A stretch of DNA of 63,068 nt, filler included, from Candidatus Desantisbacteria bacterium CG1_02_49_89 (lineage in GTDB: Bacteria; Desantisbacteria; UBA1551): the NCBI GenBank assembly GCA_001871075.1. It is 5 parts of 5 records of this genome, joined end to end, with 100 filler letters (N's around TTAATTAATTAA, not from the genome) between each part and the next. Parts side by side here need not be neighbours in the genome. Positions count along the whole stretch, not along the records: positions 51,420 to 57,039 come from MNUP01000106.1; positions 57,140 to 63,068 come from MNUP01000025.1; 3 more parts are not named here. One strand, written 5' to 3'. The notes beneath the pieces are model-generated. The model was not told where the DNA came from and made no database searches. It saw nothing but the letters and a program-made list of their open reading frames with translations. This document shows, piece after piece, positions 51,420-60,500 of this stretch (position 1 is the stretch's first letter; the number at the start of each line of letters is the position of its first letter). Position numbers and translations under genes: made by a program.

Positions 51420-54400
51420 GCAGGAAGCGAGCGCTCCTGTGACCGTAATGACAGGCGACCCGGATCTTGAATCCGTGAAATAAACTGCTGTCTCCCCGTC
51501 TATAAAGTTCAGCGTGACTGAATCCGACCACGGCCCTGATGCGGAAGCGCTGAGAAAACCCAGAGCTGAGCTCATTGCCACGGCGCAGGTCCCGGTGTAG
51601 CTTATGTCCTTTACACCGCTTGCGAACTGCGCCTGTATGCAAATAGATTCGGATGTCCCGCCCGCGGTAAAAGACCTGGCCGGCGTGGCAATCCCGAATT
51701 TTGAGCCGCTTATGAATTCAACCGTGGGAGTCCTTTGAAGGCGCACACAGTCAAACCAGGCTGTGCCCACCCCCCAGTTCTGGTTCCTGAAAAGAATGCC
51801 GTTCGCTTCCGCAGGCGCTGTAACAGAACCGCTGATCAGCGTCCACGGATTGCTGCCGCTTATTGAACCGCCGGTGACCTCGCCGATGGCAGCTGTGTCT
51901 TCCACGTTCTTGAACCAGACTATCCTTATGCCTGCTACACCGGAGGAAAGCTCGGTCCTGGCAAACTGCGAAACCAAATAAGACACGTCCGGTGTAGCCG
52001 TATATACCGGATAAGTCGGCCTGTATGGTTTAACCCATTGCGCCTGCAGGTAATTGTCATTATTGCTTAGGCAGGAATGGACCATCGCCCTTGCGCCGTC
52101 TGCGACGTTTTCGGTCCAGGACCAGGACCCGGTGTGCTGACCGGGATTGTCCCCTGTGAAATCCCACCAGGACGCTGTTGTTTCGCCTGAAAAACTCTGT
52201 TCAAAAGACGGGTTGTTCAGCATGTTCTCAGTGACCGTCAGGCCCGCGCAGGCCGCTGTGATCGTGCAAGCGCCCATATATTGAGAGCTAACCGTAAAAG
52301 TGCTCTGGCCGTTCGCGTCTGTTACCTGCGGGTTCGAAGGCCCTACAGAATCGGAATTCCCGCGCGACGTAATAAGCGTGACGGTTTCCCCCGGAACGGG
52401 ATTGCCGAACGTGTCAAAAATATTTGCCAAAACTGTTACTGCGTCAACCCCATCTGCCTGTATCTTGACCTTGCTCATCCTCAGGTATGACGCAAACGCG
52501 TTCACCGACGGCAAAACCACGGTCTCCGTCTGCGTGTCAGCGTGTAACGTGTAACGTGTAACGGTTATGACGGGATTTCCGGCCTGTCCGTCCTTGTAGT
52601 AAAGAACTGCCGCTCCCGACATGAACGTGACCTCGGTTGTGTCAGCCCAGGCATTTTTATCTGCCGAGAACCGGCCTGCAGGCGAACTTGTTAACAAAGC
52701 GCAGGTACTGTCGAAAGTCAGGTCCCTTGCTCCGGTCTCGTCCTGCGCCTGGACCGTAATACCCGGAGAAGGATTGTTCAGGGAAGCCGTAAACGGCGGG
52801 GAAACGATCTTTATGAAAACATTGCGCACTGTTATGGTTTCAACCTGGGAACCTTCGGCCATCCCTTCCCTGTAAACGGATATCGCCGGGTTACCTGTCT
52901 CTCTGTCAGTGTAATAAAAAACGCCGTAACCCGAACTCAGCGTGATAACAGTGGTGTCAGCCCAGTTTATACCGCTGGCAGAGAACCGGCCTTCCTGCGA
53001 ACTCGTGAACAGGCACACAGTACCATTGAAAGAAGTGTCTTTTGCCCCAGTGTAATCCCTTGCCTCTATTTCTATTGCCGGTGATATGTCCTTCTGCCTT
53101 ATGCTGAATTGTCCGGACAGGATCACTAGTGAACCTGTAGGTGAAATTATCGTTTCTGCCTGGCTACCTGCGATAAGCGATTCGCGATACGCGGTTATTA
53201 CGGGGTTGCCGGTCTCTGAATCCACGTAGTAAAAAACCGCCGCGCCGCTGCTCAGCGTTATTTCGGTAGTATCAGACCAGGGAGCAAAGGTAGCCGAGAA
53301 CCTTCCGCCCGGAGAACTCGTGACCAGCGCCGCGGTGCCGCTGAACGAAGCATCCAGCGCGCCTGTATCATCAACCGCCTGCACGGTGATCGCAGTCGAA
53401 GTACTATTCTGGGTTATGCTGAAAGGCAGGGATGTGATCTTAAGCGCGGCAACCGGGTGCTGGTCGTATTTTATCGTGAAGAAATCGTAGCTCAGGCCGT
53501 TTGAGGCATAGCCGAACATATAAACGTTCCCCGCCCCTGCAGGTGATCCCTCAACCACAGCGTCAAACCCTTTGTCTGTAGAACCCGCGTCATAAACCGC
53601 CTGCCACACAGAATCTCCGGACGTGTTAAGCTTTATCAAAAAGAAATCCGCGTCGTTGACCTGCCCTGTTAGATAGGCGTTTCCTTCAGGGTCAGCGTCA
53701 ATCCCATAACCGTAGTCCCCACCCCCGGTTGAATAGATCTTTACCCAAAGAGAATTCCCGCTTGAATCGTATTTAATGGCAACTGCGTCGTTATCAGTTC
53801 CGTTAAAAGAATATCCGCTAACGTAAAAACAGCCTGCGGGGTCCACCGCCGTCTTGTACCCGAAATCGCTCGGACCTCCATCAAACGTGCGCGCCCAGAG
53901 CATGTCCCCGTTGGGATCGAATTTCACAGTGAGTATATCGTAAGCTGCGAAATCTGGAGTCGAGTAACCGTTCACGCATACGCTGCCTGAGCTGTCAACC
54001 GCTATACCGAATCCATAATCTTCATTCCCGCTGTCATACGTTTTTTGCCAGATCGTGTCACCTGAAGAAGTATATTTCAAAATAAGGTAATCAGCTGTAG
54101 CTATATATGACATACCTGCGACATAAACATTTCCTGTGTCATCAACAGTGACAGCGAAGCTGTAATCAGAATTGCCGCTGTCATATGTTTTTTGCCAGGC
54201 TATATTTCCGTCTGGATCATATTTAATAAGAAGAATGTCGCTGTAATTGACTGTTCCTGATACATAGACGCTGCGCCCGCTGAATCCATGGCGGCATCAA
54301 TATAAATGTCGTCAAACCCGCTGTCGTATATTTTCTGCCATAATGTTTCTCCGTTCGAGTTGTATTTTACGGTAAGGAAATCGTTATCCGCACCGTTAAA

Positions 54401-54616
54401 AAAACAGCCTGCAACGCAGAAATTGCCCGTATCATCAAGGTCTATGCCGCCGAAATAGCTGTTATCGTTCCCGGCAGGGAACATCTGCGTGGACAGGACC
54501 GTTGCCGGGTTCTCCCCAAAACAGTGGGAAGTGAGGAACAAGAAGCAAAAAACAAACAATATCGGTAATATATTGTAGGGCAAGGCTTTAGCCTTGCAAA
54601 ATATAGATTTTTTCAT
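51420..54616 (-). pseudogene. Large surface protein (SBBP-type propeller, Ig-like repeats, Big_1, CBM-like), frameshifted near 54273-54276, 3' truncated
   Basis: Repeats D..G..YV.G...D....KY...G...W; removing one GC joins ORF 54200-54622 to ORF 51372-54113 (DSAGSVYVSGT); four GRFSA...W.DTT...GNPVI repeats; ADGVDAVTV...D.FGNPV. Confidence 0.8.
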
Positions 54617-54811
54617 TTCCACCTCTAATTTAACTACATTAAATCATATTTTAAACATAAAAGAACCAAGAAAAGGATATTTTCTATAGTTATTAACTAT
54701 ATCTTTTCTAACAGGATTCTCAAATATATAACAGGAAATTTTTAAGCCTGATACGTTTCTTAAGGATTAATTTATCCATAATGATTCAGCAAGGCTAAAG
54801 CCTTGCCCTAC
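54575..54811. repeat. Inverted pair of identical 23-bp GTAG REP-like elements (REPIN-like)
   Basis: GTAGGGCAAGGCTTTAGCCTTGC at 54575-54597 and exact reverse complement at 54789-54811. Confidence 0.9.
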
Positions 54812-54822
54812 TGAATACCGTT

Positions 54823-57039
54823 TTACTGTTTTAAGGCGGCCGGCGGCGGCTGCTCTGAAAACCTTATATAGTCTAACTCAATAACCGCTCCAGGCAGGTT
54901 ATAGTTCGGGTCAAGGCGCAGCCTTAATATTTCTCCGCGCCAGGATTTCACGTCACCCACCCTGAGCAGGTACTCGTGGAACTGGGTATCGGACGACGTG
55001 CTGAAAGAAAGGCTGTTCCTCTCGCTTTCCGGGCTTGAAGCAGTGGTCCAGAATAGCTGGGCTGAATTCCCCTTGTCTATTTTCATTTTTATCACCGCGA
55101 ACCTGTATTTGGAGGCATCTATGTTTGCCGCGGCAGCGAATGCCGGGTCCCCGCCTGTCACTGCCGCTTTCATCACGCCCCTCTTTACGCTGAAATCAGC
55201 AAGCCCCATCATCGGGCCCCATCCTTCCCCGTTGTCGTCTTTGTCGAATTCCCAGTTCGTCATGGGCTTCACTTCAACCCATTGCTTCACTTCCAGGCCT
55301 ATATCCCTGGGCGTAACATCAATATGCCCTTTCTGATCTTCCGCAAAAACCTCTCTTATCGCATCGAGGTAGCCGAACCCGAACTCCCTGTGCGGCTCTA
55401 TGTAGTCCCCTTCCCCGAATTCATTCCACGACTCAACCAGGACAACCCTGCTTTTGTCTTCCCCGACAGGATGCTTATCCGCGAAACTCCTTGCAAACTC
55501 AAGCATTTTTTTGAATTTTGCGGGATTCTTCCCCGTGCGCACAAGCGCGCTCTCCCCTGCCCAGGGCCTGGCGTCCCATCCCGGGTCTGCGACCGCTATA
55601 TAATCCAGGAACTTGTACCCCGCGATCTCCTCCCATATTTCCCTGTAACCGCTTATCGCCGACTCATACGGGGGGCGGTTCCCATCCTCAGCGACTGAAC
55701 CGGCAGCGGGATAGTTGTAACCTGTTATCGCGTCGTATCCCTCCTCCTGCAACTGCTTCGCCTTATCCATGCCAGGGTACGCGCAGCCTGCCAGGTAAAG
55801 CCCGTCAAAACCATTTTCCCTGCAAAGATTCTCCATCTTTTCAAAAGCATCCTTTGTCGCGGCAACGCCCATATCCTCCGTGATGCGGTCCACGCTGAAA
55901 ATAATGACAACCGGCTTGCCGTCGATCTTCAGGTATTCGGGCAGCTTGAAATAATTGTCGATCCAGTATTTCGTAACGTTCAGGAGATCCTGTTCGGACG
56001 AGCTCCCTTTCGGGTTGTGGTTCGCCCACAGCAGGCAGAATTTCAGGTATTTCCTGTACATCGAATTGAAATAACCGTCGTGCAGCGCGTGTTCAAGAGA
56101 CCTTGCTCCCCTGTCCCAGTACCAGTCATAGGCAAAGAACGATATACCGTGCTCAACAGCCCATTTTATCTGCCAGCTGGCTATGTCCGGCTCGCCTTCC
56201 TGGTACCAGCCCAGCACCGGCTTCCTCTCGGGAAAAGGCCTTATCGCGTCCCACCCCCTGGTAGTTCCCTGTTTCCAGCCCGGGAAATAATACGCGCCGA
56301 TAAGGTATTTTGTTTTCGCCGCGACCGGCTCAGGCGGGTAAACCCTGCCCCCTGTCATAACCGGAGACACGGAAATTTTCTTGGAGAACGCAAGGTTCAC
56401 CGAAGCCGACACCGGAGCGAAATTATCCCCGGTGATATCCACTTTCGCACTGCCTTCGGAAGGGTCTGAACTGATCACTATCCACTGAAAACTTTGTTTT
56501 TTCTCCAGGACCGGCATTGCCGCCGCGCCCTGTGACCCCATCATCTGCATTCCCTGCGGCAGCGAAACCCTTAGACTAACGTTCCGCGCCGGTTCCCCTC
56601 CCGCGTTCTCAAGCACGCAGACAAGGCTTGCAAACTGTCCCGCGGGATTTATGACATTGTCAAACGCGAATTCCCTGACAATTATTTCCGCAGGGCCTTT
56701 CGGCTTTTCACCCGCCCTGAAAGATTTAAACTCGATTTTTGCCCCTTTTGCGTTTGAAGGGCGCACCGCGATCCCTTCAACCGTGCCTTCCCACCCGGGA
56801 TCTGAGAACATATCCATCACGTATGCATGGAACTGGTTGTCCGCTATAACCGGAAATTCATGCCTTGCGACGCCGGACTTTCCTTTTACGAACCACAGTA
56901 TTTCGCCTGCTGTGCCCTTGTCAGCCTTCATGACCAACGTGATCCAGCTCAGGTCCTCCGCTTTGAATTCCGTGCGCGGAGCCATTGCAAGCGGCTCCTT
57001 TTCCAGGGCATTAACCTTAAGGGTCTCCTTTCCCGGCTC
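54823..57039 (-). CDS. GH99-like/WbsX-type glycoside hydrolase with accessory domains (5' truncated)
   Basis: GAYYFPGW, PVLGWY, HGISFFAYDWYW, FCLLWANH, YLKIDGKP, GWDARPW, SWNEFGEG.YIEP; frame open to the gap. Confidence 0.88.
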   Translation of the reverse strand, partial: EPGKETLKVNALEKEPLAMAPRTEFKAEDLSWITLVMKADKGTAGEILWFVKGKSGVARHEFPVIADNQFHAYVMDMFSDPGWEGTVEGIAVRPSNAKGAKIEFKSFRAGEKPKGPAEIIVREFAFDNVINPAGQFASLVCVLENAGGEPARNVSLRVSLPQGMQMMGSQGAAAMPVLEKKQSFQWIVISSDPSEGSAKVDITGDNFAPVSASVNLAFSKKISVSPVMTGGRVYPPEPVAAKTKYLIGAYYFPGWKQGTTRGWDAIRPFPERKPVLGWYQEGEPDIASWQIKWAVEHGISFFAYDWYWDRGARSLEHALHDGYFNSMYRKYLKFCLLWANHNPKGSSSEQDLLNVTKYWIDNYFKLPEYLKIDGKPVVIIFSVDRITEDMGVAATKDAFEKMENLCRENGFDGLYLAGCAYPGMDKAKQLQEEGYDAITGYNYPAAGSVAEDGNRPPYESAISGYREIWEEIAGYKFLDYIAVADPGWDARPWAGESALVRTGKNPAKFKKMLEFARSFADKHPVGEDKSRVVLVESWNEFGEGDYIEPHREFGFGYLDAIREVFAEDQKGHIDVTPRDIGLEVKQWVEVKPMTNWEFDKDDNGEGWGPMMGLADFSVKRGVMKAAVTGGDPAFAAAANIDASKYRFAVIKMKIDKGNSAQLFWTTASSPESERNSLSFSTSSDTQFHEYLLRVGDVKSWRGEILRLRLDPNYNLPGAVIELDYIRFSEQPPPAALKQ

Positions 57040-57139
57040 NNNNNNNNNNNNNNNNNNNNNNNNNNNNNNNNNNNNNNNNNNNNTTAATTAATTAANNNNN
57101 NNNNNNNNNNNNNNNNNNNNNNNNNNNNNNNNNNNNNNN
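57040..57139. other. Artificial contig linker
   Basis: N run with TTAATTAATTAA. Confidence 0.98.
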
Positions 57140-57439
57140 CAGAACGCGCGTTATGTTTATCCCGCTCGCTTTTATAGCCGTCATTTCATTATCCGCCGAA
57201 AGCCTGCTGATGCTGAGCAGGCACGCCAGGAGCACCGCCATCGGGATGGTGAGCAGGAGCATTGACGGAAGGGAGAATATCAGCAGTTTAAAAACAGAGA
57301 TCACGCCTACACCCTTATTAATCACCAGGTTGGTAAGGTATACCATCTTGCTTGCTATAAAAATGAACGTGAAAATGGCTATGCCGAAAAGAAACGGCGG
57401 CACGTATTCCCTAATAGTGTAATTTCTCAATATATTCAT
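57140..57439 (-). CDS. lptF: LPS export permease LptF (3' truncated)
   Basis: Y.IRE..PPF..G..IFTFI, TIPMAVL...L....RLSADNE.TAIKASG. Confidence 0.9.
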
Positions 57440-57541
57440 ATTTTTCGAAATTTGATTACACCGATTTCAAAAAAGTGATTACACCGATTGTAAACAATGG
57501 TTATTATGGTAATAAATTTTTACCTTAATCTGTGTAATCAT

Positions 57542-57569
57542 ATTATACTCAGATTTGTTTTTTTTTCAA
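57542..57569 (-). promoter_or_regulatory. Probable lptF promoter
   Basis: TTGAAA (57569-57564) N16 TATAAT (57547-57542). Confidence 0.55.
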
Positions 57570-57595
57570 GTAAATATGAAAACGGGGATTGTTTC

Positions 57596-60500
57596 ATGAA
57601 ATTTAAAGTGTTAATAATTTTTATCCTGTTTTTGCTGATCACTGTCCACTGTCCACTGTCCACTGTCTGTCGCGCCGCCGACACCCAGACCCCCGGCCTG
57701 GGGGACCAGATAGTCAGGGAAGTGCAGTCCCGCATAGCTGCTTCCGGGAGGAAGATGTGGGAAGTGAAATACACGTGGTCTCACTACCTGGATCCCCGCA
57801 TAAACAGCGATTTCGAGAACAGTTTCGCGATGTACCAGGAGCTGCAGTTCCGCCTCAGCGGGAAGGTTGGTGACAGGATCACGGTGAATGTCGAATACGA
57901 CGATACCCAGCAGAAGAAACAGAAAATATCGGTCATTTACACCGGAGAGGGAAGGGAAGCCACCGGGATACAGGAAGTAAACTTCGGCGACCAGGTCCTT
58001 TCGCTTCCGGGCACCGAGTTCGTCGCGTATAACAAGCAGCTTTTTGGGTTGAGCGTGAAGGGCCAGTACGAGAAATTCAGGTATTATTTCGTCGGCAGTC
58101 AGACAAAAGGTTATTCGGAGACCAGGGAATTCAGGGGGAAGAGTGAGTTCAAGGTTGTGGACATAAGGGATATCTCTTACTACACGAGGAAGTATTACAT
58201 ACTCAGGCACATAAATCAGGGCAGGGAAAAGGTTTACATAGACGACAGGAACGCCTCAAATAACACCGCCAACACATTCTATTTTCAGGGTTTAGACATG
58301 GTTACAAACCCGGTTTCACCTGACACAATTTCCGGTTACTTCGACCCGGCTTTTTCCGGAGTCGACTATGTCATAGATTACGGAACAGCCGCATCCGACA
58401 GCACCGTGATATCATTTTCAAAGGGCATAGACCAGAATTTCGTCCTGCTTGTTTATGACATGGACCTTAACAATACGTTCGCCATAAAAGACGATCTCGG
58501 CACTGAGACAAGGACTTCCAGGTACGAACTGAAGAACTACTATTACCTTGGGTACCGCAAGATCATACAGAACGACCCCAATTTCATCCTGGAGGTCTGG
58601 GATTCGGATAAGGCAAGGCATCCGGTTTACCTGTGGCCGAATACCGCTCCGGCAGGCGAATCATACACCGCGAAGATAGATTACGATTTCGGTATAATAC
58701 ATTTCGTGGATTCAACCGGAAGGGACGTTCGGCCGTTCGCCCCCGAAGTCTACCTGCCTTCAAACCCGGTGACGACCCGCGAGATACACGCGGAATTTAA
58801 ATATTCCATACAGGCGCTGATACTGCGCCCCTACCTTGTTGAGGGAAGCGAGCGCGTGTACCTGAACGGCAGCCTTCTGAGGAAGGATTCGGATTACACG
58901 ATAGACTACGATAGCGGCTGGCTTTCATTCCTGCGCGAGGAAATGATCACAGAGGACAGCGTTATCAAGGTGGACTACGAATACATGCCGTTCGGCGGCC
59001 AGTACGTGGAAACCCTTTTAGGTATGAGGGGCGAGTTGCCGCTTTCTCCGGATTTTTCCATCGGCACAACATACCTGTACAGCGGCACGCCTTCGCCCAA
59101 CGAAATACCCAGCGTAAGGTCCACGCCTAAAAGCCACCAGGTAGTGGACGTTGACATGCAGCTTGACCCCAAATCGCTGATCTCAAGGATTATCCCGGGC
59201 CTGGAAAAGGTCCCGTTTTCCACAAGCATGAATTTTGAGGGCGCGTACAGCTGGAAAGACCCGAATACTTTCAAGAAGGCCATGGTGGACGACATGGAAG
59301 GCGCAAAACTGCAGGTCAGCGTGCCGATGACAGATACCAACTCATGGAGGATCTCTTCGGCTCCAACAGGCGAATCACTCGGGCTGAGGGGACTTATAGG
59401 CGGGGGGGTGTTCAATCTCAGGGGAGCTGAAGAGGGCCATGACCCTAACCTGACCACCCCGAAGTCCATAGTGCTGGATTATTCCCTTGCGGACAGCAAC
59501 TGGGTCGCGATCTGCTACCCGATCTCAAAATATTCGCAGGACTACTCTCAGTATAACAATATTGAGTTCTGGGTCAAGGATCCCGTACCGAATGTGAAGG
59601 TCTTCTTTGAGCTGGGAATGATAAGCGAGGATGTTGACGGCAGGGGAGGTTTTGACACCGATGTCTATTCCGGTTCGGCAAAGCTGTGGAGCAAGGGCCA
59701 GCCCAAAACAGAGGATACCAAAATGGCGGACGGCAAGCTCAATCCGGATGAAGACGCCGGCTGGACGTTCTACAGTCCGGGCGGAAGCTCTGCCCAGATA
59801 GGGGCGAATAACGGCAGGCTGGACGGAGAGGACCTTGACGGGGACGGGCAGCTCAACGCATTCAACCAGAAAATACACACGTTGGGAGGGTATTTTGCGG
59901 AATTCGATTTTTCCGGATATAAGATAGGCGAATCCGGCAGCTGGAAGCTTTACAGGATCCCGTTCTCGCGCCAGGTTTCCGGAGATACTGACTGGGCCAT
60001 GGTGAAGAATATACGGATCTGGGTAAAGAACGAATCCGGCGGCGCGAAGTCCGGGTCGCTTCAGATGGACAGCCTTTCAGTGGTAGGCAGCAAGTGGACC
60101 AACGTTGCCGTGGGAGGGCTTGCCGGCATTAATACCTTTTCCGCTGAATCGAGGAACTCGGTTGACAATATCAGTGGGGACAGCCCGTCCTATTATAAAG
60201 ACCCCAGGTATTACGTGCCGGATTCGTCCTACGACGAGGATGAGGACGGCCTGAACGATTATTTCGAAGAGCTGCACCCCAACCTTGAGGAAGACCTGCG
60301 CCTGGTCGTCGCTTCCCAGATACCCAAGGAACAGTCAATGGCGCTGGTCTACCGGTTCAGCGAGGAGTGCACGGGTTCCGTGACCCAGAAATTCACAACA
60401 GCGCTGAATTTTACCGACTACAAAAGGATGAAATTCTGGCTTTTCGTGACTTCCGGCAGTTCCGGCGGCACGTTCTTCATTAGGTTCGGCATGGACGACA

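Noticed and set aside
51420-54616. Internal protein repeats as a diversity-generating retroelement TR/VR pair
   Set aside because: Repeats diverge at all bases rather than adenines only, and no reverse transcriptase is present
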